Shown one piece after another: positions 15,922 to 25,287 of a stretch of 32,000 nucleotides of DNA (its first letter is position 1; every line of letters begins with the position of its first letter). Position numbers and translations under genes: made by a program. Source of the DNA: Vibrio cholerae ATCC 14035 (GTDB taxonomy: Bacteria > Pseudomonadota > Gammaproteobacteria > Enterobacterales > Vibrionaceae); assembly GCF_000621645.1 (NCBI RefSeq), contig NZ_KK211324.1:137113-169112 (forward strand). Direction: 5' to 3'. The notes under the pieces are model-generated. The model had not been told where the DNA came from. It did not search any database and saw only the letters and a program-made list of their open reading frames with translations.

Positions 15922-17478
15922 TTACTCTTTCACCACCAGATCGCCAAAGTATGGGAAGTCCATACCGTTGATGATAGGTGCGATATCGAGCGTATTTTTC
16001 GCGGCCCATGACGGATCTTGGAAGTGAAGAGGCACAAACGCCGCTTCGTTATACAGGATCTCTTCCACTTTCTTCAGCATGGTGCTGCGTTTTTCTAGAT
16101 CGGTTTCCTCGTTCGCGGCATTGACTAACTTATCGACTTCCGCATTCGAGTAGTAACCACAGTTGTACTGGCCTTTACCCGTATTTGAATCACGGGTCAT
16201 GGTCAGGAACTCAGTAAAGTTTGCTGAGTCTTCGGTATCTGGGTGCCAACCAATCATCAGCATATCTGCCGCACATTTATCAAACTCAGGCCAGTATTGC
16301 GCTTTTGGCATGGTTTTTAGGTCAACTTTAATACCGATTTTTGACAACATCGCCGATGCCGCTTGCGCGATCTTTTCATCGTTCACGTAACGGTTGTTTG
16401 GCGCGATCATGGTCAGGTTGAAGCCTTTCTCATAACCTGCTTCTTTCATCAGCTCTTTCGCTTTGTTGAGATCAAAGCGTGGTTTTAGGTTCTCATTGTA
16501 ACCGGCATAACCGACTGGGCTTTGCTGCGCAGCCGTGGTAGCCGCCCCTTTCATGACCTTATCCACAATCCCTTCGTTGTTGATGGCGTAGACAATCGCT
16601 TGACGCACACGCACATCTTTCAACGCTGGGTTGCTATTTTGGTTCATTTGGAAGGTAATCACGCGAGTGCCCGGCATAGTGAAGAGATCCACGCCTTTCG
16701 CATCTTTGATGCGTTGGTAATCATTCGGTGAAACCGGCGCAATCATATCCACACCGCCAGACAGCAGTGCCGCAACACGAGTGGCATCTTCTTTAATCAC
16801 CGCCAGCGTCAGTTTGTCCACATTGCCTTTCGACGCTTTATCCCAGTAATTAGGGTTGCGTTGGAACTCAAGTTTCACGCCTTGCTCACGAGCCGTCACC
16901 GTAAATGGCCCGGTACCAGAGATGTTTTCAGAGGCGAAAGAGTTACCGTGCTTAACTATTTCTGCTTTGTTTTTACCATCCGCCGTGGTGCCGGTGTAGA
17001 ACTTGCTGTCCATCGGGAAAATGTAGGTCGCCACGTTTTCAATCAGCGGGTAAGTGCCAGCCGTTTTGATTTCGATGGTGTAATCATCCACCTTAGTCAA
17101 AGAGACCAGAGGTTCAAAAATCCCTTTAAAATCCGCCGATTCTTTCAAACGATTGAACGTCCATACCACATCATCCGCGGTAAAATCATTGCCAGAGTGG
17201 AACTTCACGCCTTTGCGCAAAGTGAAACGCATGGTTTCGTTATCCACACGCTGCCAAGATTCGGCCAGACGAGGTTCAAATTCCATTTTTTGTGTAAAGC
17301 GAATAAGTGGATCAAAGACCATGTGCGACAGTTGCAGAGTACCGCCTGACAGCTGCTCATGTGGGTCCATTGAGACCGGGTCAGCGTCGTAAGCCACGGT
17401 AATATCCGCTGCCATCGCACCAAAACTCAAGCCAGCCGCTATCAAAGCCAACGCCAGTTTGTTTTTCATGGTTTTCAT
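15922..17478 (-). CDS. ABC transporter periplasmic substrate-binding protein, family 5 (peptide/nickel/glutathione class)
   Basis: The ATG at 17478 lies 8 nt after taAGGAG and gives MKTMKNKLALALIAAGLSFGAMA|AD, a signal peptide. The track start at 17550 adds 24 unlikely residues. The mature protein is about 500 aa with SBP_bac_5-like segments (DPVSMDPHE, RFTLRKGVKFHSGNDFTADDV). Confidence 0.85.
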   Translation of the reverse strand: MKTMKNKLALALIAAGLSFGAMAADITVAYDADPVSMDPHEQLSGGTLQLSHMVFDPLIRFTQKMEFEPRLAESWQRVDNETMRFTLRKGVKFHSGNDFTADDVVWTFNRLKESADFKGIFEPLVSLTKVDDYTIEIKTAGTYPLIENVATYIFPMDSKFYTGTTADGKNKAEIVKHGNSFASENISGTGPFTVTAREQGVKLEFQRNPNYWDKASKGNVDKLTLAVIKEDATRVAALLSGGVDMIAPVSPNDYQRIKDAKGVDLFTMPGTRVITFQMNQNSNPALKDVRVRQAIVYAINNEGIVDKVMKGAATTAAQQSPVGYAGYNENLKPRFDLNKAKELMKEAGYEKGFNLTMIAPNNRYVNDEKIAQAASAMLSKIGIKVDLKTMPKAQYWPEFDKCAADMLMIGWHPDTEDSANFTEFLTMTRDSNTGKGQYNCGYYSNAEVDKLVNAANEETDLEKRSTMLKKVEEILYNEAAFVPLHFQDPSWAAKNTLDIAPIINGMDFPYFGDLVVKE

Positions 17479-17569
17479 TGCATAACTCCTTATGCGGGAA
17501 TCCAGATCCCTAGTTTGTTGTATTTGCTTTTGTAACAATCGCCAACCCAAGTTGGTCCATGGTTAACGG

Positions 17570-19285
17570 CTATGCTGCCGTAGTGCTTTCGCGTAAGCCT
17601 GTAAATTCAGGCATTAAGGAAATCAACTTCTTGCTGTATTCATGCTGCGGATCGGTAAACAGCTGCTCGGTGGGTGCCACTTCCAGTAGCGTCCCCATCT
17701 GCATGACCCCAACGCGATCGCACATCTGGCGGATCACGGGCAAATCATGGCTGATAAACAGCATGGTGAGATTGAGCTCATCTTGCAGATCTTTCAGCAA
17801 ATTGAGGATTTGCGCCTGCACTGACACATCCAGTGCCGAGGTAGGTTCATCGCAAATCAAAAGACGTGGTCGCGTCGCGAGTGCGCGCGCAATCGAGATC
17901 CGTTGACGCTGACCACCTGAAAATTCATGGGGATATTTCAACCCCGCCATCTTACCTAAGCCGACATGCTCGAGCAGATCATTAACGATTTGTCGGGTTT
18001 CGCTCTCATTACGTGTCAATTTATGAAAGCGGATCGGCTCGGCGATGATGTCAAAAATCTTCATCCGCGGGTTCATCGAGGTGTATGGGTTTTGGAATAC
18101 CATCTGCATTTGACGACGCAGTGGGCGACGTTCGTGCTCCGATTTCAGCGCGGTTAAATCGATACCTTCAAAAGTCACTCGCCCCGCATTGGGTTGATAC
18201 AAACCGGCAATCACGCGCGCAATGGTCGATTTACCTGAACCCGATTCGCCGACCAGACCAAAGGTTTCCCCTTCATGTTCTTCAAAACTGACGTTATTCG
18301 ACGCTTGCACATACTCACGGCGGCTTTCAAACAGCGAATCTTTGGTCACAAAACGTAGATTGACGTTTTCGACTTTTAACAGCGGCCCTGTGTATTTGCG
18401 GTGATCTTGGCTCTGCCCCAACCAATGGCTTTTCACATCCAAAGGCTTGAGTTCTTTCGCTTCTTCGATATAGCTCACCAGAGGGAAACGGTCGAGTTTG
18501 CGATCAGAACGCGGTACCGCTGAAATCAAACTACGGGTGTAAGGGTGCTCAGGTGTGCCAAGCACTTTGGCAGTCGGACCGAACTCCACCAAATCACCAC
18601 GGTACATCACCGCTACGCGATCAGTAACGTTAGAAACCACACCCATATCGTGAGTAACCAGCATGCAACCCACATTATTCTTCTTACACAGTTCGCGAAT
18701 CAGATTCAGGATCTGGTCTTGAATCGACACATCCAGCGCGGTGGTAGGTTCATCGGCGATGATCAAATCAGGCTCACCAGCCAACGCGATCGCAATTACC
18801 ACCCGTTGACGCATGCCACCAGAAAATTGGTGAGGATACTGTTTAAGGCGATTTTCAGGCTGCGGAATACCGACTTGCTTCATCAAAGATAAAGCACGTT
18901 GATACGCTTCTTCGGCACTCACCTGCATGTTGGCATGAATGGTTTCGGTCAACTGATGCTCGACGGTAAACAGCGGGTTGAGTGAGGTCATGGGATCTTG
19001 GAAAATAAAACCAATTTTACTACCACGTACTTCACGCATCGCTTGCGGAGAAAGACCAGAGATCTTCTCACCGTTTAAATACACTTCACCGCCCGCAATA
19101 GTTCCCGGAGGGCTGAGCAGGTCAATCACCGCATTACCGACCGTCGATTTTCCGGCGCCCGATTCCCCAACCACACCGACAATTTCACCACGTTGGATAT
19201 CTAAGGTGAGTGATTTCACCGCCGCGTGCACACCGTGACGAGAAGGGTATTCAATTCTAAGATTTTTGACTTCTAAAAGTGACAT
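17570..19285 (-). CDS. fused double ATP-binding-cassette ATPase of the peptide-type ABC transporter (GsiA/YejF-like)
   Basis: 571 aa with two complete ABC modules. The Walker A motifs are GESGAGKST and GESGSGKST. The signature motifs are FSGGMRQR and FSGGQRQR. The Walker B motifs are LIIADEPTTALD and LLICDEPTSALD. It is the first gene of the operon. Confidence 0.9.
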   Translation of the reverse strand: MSLLEVKNLRIEYPSRHGVHAAVKSLTLDIQRGEIVGVVGESGAGKSTVGNAVIDLLSPPGTIAGGEVYLNGEKISGLSPQAMREVRGSKIGFIFQDPMTSLNPLFTVEHQLTETIHANMQVSAEEAYQRALSLMKQVGIPQPENRLKQYPHQFSGGMRQRVVIAIALAGEPDLIIADEPTTALDVSIQDQILNLIRELCKKNNVGCMLVTHDMGVVSNVTDRVAVMYRGDLVEFGPTAKVLGTPEHPYTRSLISAVPRSDRKLDRFPLVSYIEEAKELKPLDVKSHWLGQSQDHRKYTGPLLKVENVNLRFVTKDSLFESRREYVQASNNVSFEEHEGETFGLVGESGSGKSTIARVIAGLYQPNAGRVTFEGIDLTALKSEHERRPLRRQMQMVFQNPYTSMNPRMKIFDIIAEPIRFHKLTRNESETRQIVNDLLEHVGLGKMAGLKYPHEFSGGQRQRISIARALATRPRLLICDEPTSALDVSVQAQILNLLKDLQDELNLTMLFISHDLPVIRQMCDRVGVMQMGTLLEVAPTEQLFTDPQHEYSKKLISLMPEFTGLRESTTAA

Positions 19286-19980
19286 TCCATCAGACCTCTA
19301 CTGCTGTGGCAGCATTCTGCCCTGTCTGAAGCACATCAGCGAACAAGGCGAGACTGATGTACATTTTGCATCCATTCCAATCAGAACAATATTCTGACAA
19401 TTTATAAGGTTCTCAATTTGGCAAATCTTTCACACAAAAGCAACAAAGAGAGGATAAAAAAGCGCCTTAACCCAGAAACAATTTCCACAAATCGTTTAAT
19501 ATGCAAAAAAATCACATATATTATTGGTCTTACCATTTTTAAAAAATTGAAAAAATCTCAGTATGATTGGTATTTGTTACTGTAAACGACGTGATTCATA
19601 ACAGGAGATAAAACAACCAACGCATAACTTTTCTCCACGCAAAAATGGAACAATTAACAAAAAAGAAACAACTGCCAAATTTTGAGTGCAAACAACAAAG
19701 CAAAACTCTGGATGATAAGCATCTATCCAGTCATAAAAACCAAAAAACTCCCAATTTAACTCAGATAAATCATAAAAATAGTTCATTGAGCCATACTGAG
19801 CACTTCAGTAACCATAGTCGTGAACAGATGTCTTAGCGGGAAAATATCGATGAATTGTCGGTAAGATCGCAATTTACTAGAGAGAAATATGCCCAACAAC
19901 GTAATGATTAAAAAGCAGCCATCGGTAGACAGTGTCAATACAGGACAACTTGGCGAGGAAACATGAGTTTTAAAGAGATA

Positions 19981-20012
19981 AAATGCAAAAAGCCTCAGCA
20001 AATGCTGAGGCT
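19981..20012 (-). terminator. Rho-independent terminator of the tRNA operon
   Basis: The minus strand reads agcctcagc-attt-gctgaggct followed by ttttgcatttt. It begins 9 nt after the last tRNA-Pro CCA end. Confidence 0.7.
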
Positions 20013-20020
20013 TTGAAGAG

Positions 20021-20097
<77 letters not shown>

Positions 20098-20158
20098 ACT
20101 ATATTTTGCTTAAGAGTCTTTCTTAAGACTGGGGATAACTGAATATCACCGAAATAAA

Positions 20159-20235
20159 TGGGGTGGCTAATGGGGCTCGAACCCACGACAACCGGAATCA
20201 CAATCCGGGGCTCTACCAACTGAGCTATAGCCACC
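20159..20235 (-). tRNA. tRNA-His (anticodon GUG), copy 2
   Basis: The reverse complement is GGTGGCTATAGCTCAGTTGGTAGAGCCCCGGATTGTGATTCCGGTTGTCGTGGGTTCGAGCCCCATTAGCCACCCCA, 77 nt including the His-specific G-1. The anticodon loop is TTGTGAT. Confidence 0.95.
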
Positions 20236-20304
20236 ACTGAAAGTTGTAATAACCGCTTGTCTGCCGTTATTTCAGACTACGCTCTTGCCTAGTCTTTCAA
20301 TAAG

Positions 20305-20381
<77 letters not shown>

Positions 20382-20442
20382 ACTATGTTTTGCTTAAGAG
20401 TCTATCTTAAGACTGGAGATAATTGAATATCACCGAAGTAAA

Positions 20443-20519
20443 TGGGGTGGCTAATGGGGCTCGAACCCACGACAACCGGAATCACAATCCGGGGCTCTAC
20501 CAACTGAGCTATAGCCACC
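20443..20519 (-). tRNA. tRNA-His (anticodon GUG), copy 1
   Basis: The sequence is identical to 20159..20235. Confidence 0.95.
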
Positions 20520-20553
20520 ACTGAAATTCTTTACCGATATTCCCCGGGCGAAA

Positions 20554-20630
<77 letters not shown>

Positions 20631-20651
20631 ATGCCCTATCGGCGGAGTGGA

Positions 20652-20705
20652 ATAATACGTATATCACATTAGGGCGTCTAGTACTTTTTTTACTTTTTTT
20701 ACTGT
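20652..20705 (-). promoter_or_regulatory. putative strong sigma-70 promoter of the tRNA operon (UP element, -35, -10 and GC discriminator)
   Basis: On the minus strand, tagacg (-35; 20675-20680) is followed by 17 nt and tattat (-10; 20652-20657). A GC-rich discriminator tccactccgcc follows. Upstream is the A-rich aaaaaaagtaaaaaaagtac (UP-like). This is the typical stable-RNA promoter architecture. Confidence 0.5.
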
Positions 20706-20919
20706 TTGACGCCTTTTTCATCAGATGCTTGCTACTATTCCCTTATAAAGGATGTGACTCACCGCCGGAAGATCGCAACTTGTTGTTTATTGCAACAACT
20801 TCTCAGGATATAATCACCCAAAATTTACATTGATTTAACAGCAATTACCGCCCGTTAAATTGAAACACTCTAAAAATAATAGGTAAGCAGCACTTACCTT
20901 CGGAATGTAAAGTGAGTTA

Positions 20920-21327
20920 ATGGATATGTCTCGATCACTCTTAAGCGTACTGTTCGCTGCTCTAACATTTTCTACTGCAGCGTTTGCTCTAACTGAAGCC
21001 GATAAAAATGCAATTGCTGAACGCATTAAGCCGGTAGGTGATGTGTATCTGGCGGGTAGCGAACCAGTACAAGCCGCTCCTACAGGTCCTCGTGATGGCG
21101 CAACGGTTTACGGTACTTTTTGTACTGCCTGTCACTCAGCGGGGATCTCTGGTGCACCGAAAACAGGCAATGCTGCCGATTGGGGACCGCGTATCGCCCA
21201 AGGTAAGGATGTGTTGAAAAACCACGCGCTAAACGGCTTCAATGCCATGCCGCCAAAAGGCACCTGTATGGATTGTTCTGACGATGAAATCGTTGCTGCG
21301 ATTGAGCATATGATCGCAGGCCTGTAA
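20920..21327 (+). CDS. cytochrome c5 (monohaem class I c-type cytochrome)
   Basis: The signal peptide is MDMSRSLLSVLFAALTFSTAAFA. The haem motif is CTACH, with the distal ligand context NAMPPKG and the c5-type Cys pair C-x2-C (GTCMDCSDDEI). The start could be 20920 or 20926. Confidence 0.85.
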   Translation: MDMSRSLLSVLFAALTFSTAAFALTEADKNAIAERIKPVGDVYLAGSEPVQAAPTGPRDGATVYGTFCTACHSAGISGAPKTGNAADWGPRIAQGKDVLKNHALNGFNAMPPKGTCMDCSDDEIVAAIEHMIAGL

Positions 21328-21357
21328 TAAGCGGGCTTACCATTCCATCAATTGATA

Positions 21358-21395
21358 ATAAAGAAGGGCTTGTTTTGACAAGCCCTTCTTTATTT
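21358..21395. terminator. bidirectional terminator between convergent cytochrome c5 and rep
   Basis: aagaagggcttg-ttttga-caagcccttctt forms a perfect 12-bp stem. It is flanked by ataata on the 5' side and tattta on the 3' side, and it abuts the rep stop at 21394. Confidence 0.75.
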
Positions 21396-23409
21396 ACTTC
21401 TTAAACATCGCTCTTAAATTAGCGATATGCGCTTGGCCTTTGGCCATACGCTCTTCCTGGGTGACGGGCTTTTTCTTTACTTCCCACTCGATATCGTCCT
21501 GGGGCAACTCATCCAAAAAGCGGCTTTGCGAAGGTTTGATCAGTTCACCAAACTGACGGCGCTCTTTACACACGATAAACGTTAGCTCGCGTTGTGCTCG
21601 GGTGATCCCAACGTACATTAAGCGGCGCTCTTCTTCGACATTCTCTTCATCAATACTGGTTTGATGCGGCAAAATGCCCTCTTCAGCTCCAATCAAATAC
21701 ACGTACGGAAATTCTAAGCCCTTTGAGGCGTGCAGTGTCATCAGCTGTACCGCATCACTGTCATCGTTCTCTTCGCCACGCTCCATCATGTCGCGCAGAG
21801 TTAAACGCTGCACCACCTCTTTCAGAGTTTTCTCTTGCTGATCGGGATTATCGCCTTCCAAATCGGCCACGATCCATGAATAGAGATCGGAGACGTTTTT
21901 CATGCGCATTTCGGCCGCTTTCGGACTGGCGGAAGTCTCATACAACCAATCTTCGTAACGAATATCACGCACTAATGCGCGCACCGCTTCCACCGTGTTA
22001 CCCCGCTCAGCATTATCGGCAATCGCCACCAACCACTCAGTGAAGCGGCGTAAGTTCTCAAGCCCTCGCCCGCTCAAATGCTGCTCTAAACCGAGCTCAA
22101 AACTGGCGGTAAATAGGCTTTTGCCCCGCATATTGGCGTAACTGCCTAACTTTTCGAGCGTAGCTGGGCCGATTTCACGCTTCGGTGTATTCACAATGCG
22201 TAAAAATGCGTTGTCATCATCAGGGTTCACCAGCACTCGCAGGTAAGCCATGATGTCTTTGATCTCTGCGCGCGCAAAAAACGAAGTGCCGCCGGAAAGT
22301 TTGTACGGCACACGGTTTTGAGTCAGCGATTTTTCAATCAGTCGCGATTGATGGTTTCCGCGATAAAGAATCGCGTAATCTCGGTATTCGGTTCGATTGA
22401 GAAACTTATGGGCGATGATTTCTGCGATCACTCGCTCTGCTTCATGATCTTCATTATTGGCCAGTATGACCTTGAGCTTTTCCCCTTCCGCTAACTCAGA
22501 AAAGAGCGCCTTTTGGTAAACGTGGGGGTTATTGGCAATTAAAATGTTCGCCGCACGCAAAATGCGGCTGGTCGAGCGATAATTTTGTTCGAGCTTAATC
22601 AGCTTTAAACTCGGAAAATCTTCCCCAAGTAACACCAAGTTTTGTGGTTTTGCACCACGCCATGAATAAATGGATTGGTCATCATCTCCCACCACAGTTA
22701 AACGGCCACGCTCACCCACTAAGAGTTTGACCAACTCATATTGGCTGGTGTTGGTATCTTGATATTCGTCCACCAACAGATAGCGAATCCGATTTTGCCA
22801 GCGTTGGCGTACTTCTTCATTGCTGCGTAGCAGTAACACCGGCAGCAATATCAAATCATCGAAATCGAGTGCGTTGTAAGACTGCATCTGTTTTTGGTAA
22901 AGCTCAAAGCAGTGTGCAAAAAGCAGCTGCTGTTCCCCTTTCGCCATTGCCTTGGCTTGCGGCGGAGTCAGCATGTCATTTTTCCAGTTGGAAATGGTGC
23001 TCAGTAGCAAGCGCAGCAGATCTTTATCGCCGTCGAGCTGCTTTTCGGTCAGCTCTTTAAGTAACGCGAGCTGATCTTGGTCGTCAAACAGTGAAAAACC
23101 CGCTTTGAGGCCCAAAGCTTTAAACTCACGGCGAATGATGTTTAAGCCAAGAGTATGGAAGGTCGACACCATTAAGCCGCGCGACTCACCTTTACCGAGT
23201 GTTTGAGCTACGCGCTCTTTCATCTCACGCGCCGCTTTATTGGTAAACGTAACCGCAGCAATATTGCGTGCTTTATAGCCACATTGCTGAACCAAATAGG
23301 CAATTTTATTGGTGATGACGCGTGTTTTACCCGAACCCGCCCCCGCCAATACCAGACAGGGTCCGGAGACGTACTTGACCGCTTCATCTTGTCTTGGGTT
23401 CAGCTTCAT
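21394..23409 (-). CDS. rep: ATP-dependent DNA helicase Rep (SF1A)
   Basis: 671 aa: [45 protein letters not shown]... Motifs include [37 protein letters not shown] and YVGITRA. It is collinear with E. coli Rep (673 aa). Confidence 0.95.
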   Translation of the reverse strand: MKLNPRQDEAVKYVSGPCLVLAGAGSGKTRVITNKIAYLVQQCGYKARNIAAVTFTNKAAREMKERVAQTLGKGESRGLMVSTFHTLGLNIIRREFKALGLKAGFSLFDDQDQLALLKELTEKQLDGDKDLLRLLLSTISNWKNDMLTPPQAKAMAKGEQQLLFAHCFELYQKQMQSYNALDFDDLILLPVLLLRSNEEVRQRWQNRIRYLLVDEYQDTNTSQYELVKLLVGERGRLTVVGDDDQSIYSWRGAKPQNLVLLGEDFPSLKLIKLEQNYRSTSRILRAANILIANNPHVYQKALFSELAEGEKLKVILANNEDHEAERVIAEIIAHKFLNRTEYRDYAILYRGNHQSRLIEKSLTQNRVPYKLSGGTSFFARAEIKDIMAYLRVLVNPDDDNAFLRIVNTPKREIGPATLEKLGSYANMRGKSLFTASFELGLEQHLSGRGLENLRRFTEWLVAIADNAERGNTVEAVRALVRDIRYEDWLYETSASPKAAEMRMKNVSDLYSWIVADLEGDNPDQQEKTLKEVVQRLTLRDMMERGEENDDSDAVQLMTLHASKGLEFPYVYLIGAEEGILPHQTSIDEENVEEERRLMYVGITRAQRELTFIVCKERRQFGELIKPSQSRFLDELPQDDIEWEVKKKPVTQEERMAKGQAHIANLRAMFKK

Positions 23410-23534
23410 AGCGCTCTCAATCCTCTTTATTTAGCCGCCAATAATAATCCGCTCACCGAGGATTACCAACAAAGAAACTGCCTTTACAAAAATTTACTGC
23501 ACAAGTGTATTGCAAAACAGGGGGTATTAGCCGC

Positions 23535-23553
23535 TATAATGAACAACCGTTCA
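23535..23553 (+). promoter_or_regulatory. putative -10 element plus palindromic candidate TetR operator upstream of the efflux operon
   Basis: tataat (23535-23540) is immediately followed by, and overlaps, TGAAC-aacc-GTTCA (23540-23553), which has perfect 5-bp arms. This lies 17 nt upstream of the regulator ATG. The -35 is unclear (ttgcaa at a 19-nt spacing). Confidence 0.4.
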
Positions 23554-23569
23554 TTTGCAGAGAAATGTG

Positions 23570-24151
23570 ATGTCTGAAATAGTGTACGGCGATAAACAGC
23601 TCCAAATCCTTATCGCGGCTGAAAAACTGATTGCAGAACAGGGCTTTCAAGGGCTCTCGATGCATAAAGTGGCGAAAGCAGCGAATATGGCAACCGGAAC
23701 GATTTATCGTTACTTCCGCGATAAAGATCATCTCTTGATTGAAGTGCGTTTGCACGTTAGTCAAAAAATCGCCGAAGCCGTACAAGCTAATCTTAGAGAT
23801 GACATGTCTTTGCAAGAACGCTTCCGTACTATGTGGCTGAATATTTGGACGTTGGCTGGCTCTTGTCGTGACATTATTAGTAATCGAGTGCAGTATGAGT
23901 CTTTACCAACAACAACTTGTTGCAATGTAAGGGAACTAGAGCAAAAAATGTTTGCCAAAGTCGAACTGTTGTTCGACCAAGGAAAGCAGCAGGGAATTTT
24001 CAAACCTCTCGATAACCATCTTCTTTCTGCGTTGAGTTTTGAAACAACCGTCACTCTTGCTCGTCAATACGCTTTAGGTTTTTATCAACTGGATGATTCA
24101 ACTCTCGATGCAATGATTCAAGCCAGTTGGGATGCAATTACTCAACACTAA
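23570..24151 (+). CDS. vexR: TetR-family transcriptional regulator, first gene of the RND efflux operon (VexR-like)
   Basis: The ATG at 23570 is in frame with the track TTG at 23555. The N-terminal HTH is ILIAAEKLIAEQGFQGLSMHKVAKAANMATGTIYRYFRDKDHLL. The stop lies 18 nt before the MFP gene. The symbol is assigned from my recollection of V. cholerae vexRAB synteny (rep / vexRAB / ilvC), not from a search. Confidence 0.75.
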   Translation: MSEIVYGDKQLQILIAAEKLIAEQGFQGLSMHKVAKAANMATGTIYRYFRDKDHLLIEVRLHVSQKIAEAVQANLRDDMSLQERFRTMWLNIWTLAGSCRDIISNRVQYESLPTTTCCNVRELEQKMFAKVELLFDQGKQQGIFKPLDNHLLSALSFETTVTLARQYALGFYQLDDSTLDAMIQASWDAITQH

Positions 24152-24169
24152 TTTGGAGTTCGCACCAGA

Positions 24170-25276
24170 ATGAAAAAGTGGACATTTTTTATGTTGCTTA
24201 TCGCGATCCTGCTGTTTGGCAGCGTGATAGGTTTCAATCTTTTCAAACAACAGAAAATTGCCGAGTACCTCGCCAATCGTCCTGAGCCAGAATTTCCGGT
24301 TACCGTAGTGACCGCCAATCCGGTTGATTGGGTACCCGTGATTGAAGCGATCGGTTTTATTGAGCCGAATCAAGGTGTGACATTAACGACCGAAACAGCA
24401 GGGGTGATTGACCAAATTACGTTTGAATCGGGCACGCAAGTCGCAAAAGACCAACCTCTAGTGCTACTGGATTCAGCGGTAGAACGAGCCAATTTAAAAA
24501 GCACTGAAGCGCGCCTGCCTGCAGCGAAAGCCAAATATGAACGCTACAAGGGTCTGTTCGCTAAAGGTTCTATCTCTAAAGAGTCTTATGATGAAGCAGA
24601 AGCGAGCTACTATGCGCTCTCCGCTGATATTGAAAGCCTAAAAGCCACCATTGCTCGCCGTGAAATCAAAGCGCCTTTTGCTGGTGTGATCGGTATTCGT
24701 AATGTGTTCTTAGGTCAATATTTGCAGCCTGGTACAGATATTGTGCGCTTGGAAGATACCAGCGTGATGCGTCTGCGTTTTACCGTGCCACAAAGAGATA
24801 TTTCGCGTATTTCACTGGATCAAGAAGTCGATATTTTTGTGGATGCTTATCCACAGACTTCATTTAAAGGCTCCATCTCAGCGATTGAACCTGCAGTGAG
24901 CGTACAAAGCGGCCTGATCCAAGTGCAAGCGGATATCCCAAATAGTGATGGCAAACTGCGAAGCGGTATGTTCGCGCGTGCCAACATCATTCTGCCTAAG
25001 CTGGAAAACCAAGTCACTCTGCCGCAAACCGCGATTACCTATACCCTCTACGGTGACAATGTTTACATTGTCAGCGAAGAAAATGGTGAGAAGCGCGTCC
25101 AGCAACATGTCGTGAAAGTGGGTGAGCGCTCTGAATCTATTGCTCACATTCTGGAAGGCGTAAAACCGGGTGATGTGGTTGTCACGACAGGTCAAGTACG
25201 TCTGAGTAACGGTGCTAAAGTTCGTATCGTCGAAAGTGATGCGACTACACCACCAGCAGAAACCCCAATGCTGTAA
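24170..25276 (+). CDS. vexA: RND efflux membrane fusion (periplasmic adaptor) protein (VexA-like)
   Basis: GGAG RBS. The N-terminal TM anchor is MKKWTFFMLLIAILLFGSVIGF. HlyD/AcrA-type segments are present (lipoyl-like GVIDQITFESGTQVAKDQPLVLLD; coiled-coil; IKAPFAGVIGIRNV). The product is 368 aa. Confidence 0.85.
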   Translation: MKKWTFFMLLIAILLFGSVIGFNLFKQQKIAEYLANRPEPEFPVTVVTANPVDWVPVIEAIGFIEPNQGVTLTTETAGVIDQITFESGTQVAKDQPLVLLDSAVERANLKSTEARLPAAKAKYERYKGLFAKGSISKESYDEAEASYYALSADIESLKATIARREIKAPFAGVIGIRNVFLGQYLQPGTDIVRLEDTSVMRLRFTVPQRDISRISLDQEVDIFVDAYPQTSFKGSISAIEPAVSVQSGLIQVQADIPNSDGKLRSGMFARANIILPKLENQVTLPQTAITYTLYGDNVYIVSEENGEKRVQQHVVKVGERSESIAHILEGVKPGDVVVTTGQVRLSNGAKVRIVESDATTPPAETPML

Positions 25277-25287
25277 GCGGAGGCATC

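Noticed and set aside
16861-17349. 162-aa plus-strand ORF inside the binding-protein gene
   Set aside because: It is a shadow ORF opposite a well-supported SBP_bac_5-type gene.
19577-19786. 69-aa minus-strand ORF (MNYFYDLSELNWEFFGFYDW...)
   Set aside because: It has no RBS. Its aromatic-rich composition mirrors T-rich DNA, and it overlaps the other spurious ORF.
19645-19836. 63-aa plus-strand ORF (MEQLTKKKQLPNFECKQQSK...) in the AT-rich tract
   Set aside because: The nearest Shine-Dalgarno-like AGGAG is about 39 nt upstream. The product is hydrophilic, low-complexity K/Q/N/S/H sequence, as expected from translating A-rich DNA, and no terminator follows. I kept it only as context for the AT-rich-tract finding.
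20880-20898. 7-bp hairpin (aggtaag-cagca-cttacct) in the cytochrome c5 leader, and an imperfect dyad around 20780-20808
   Set aside because: These are short and unsupported by any known motif. They could be incidental, so I did not elevate them to a finding.
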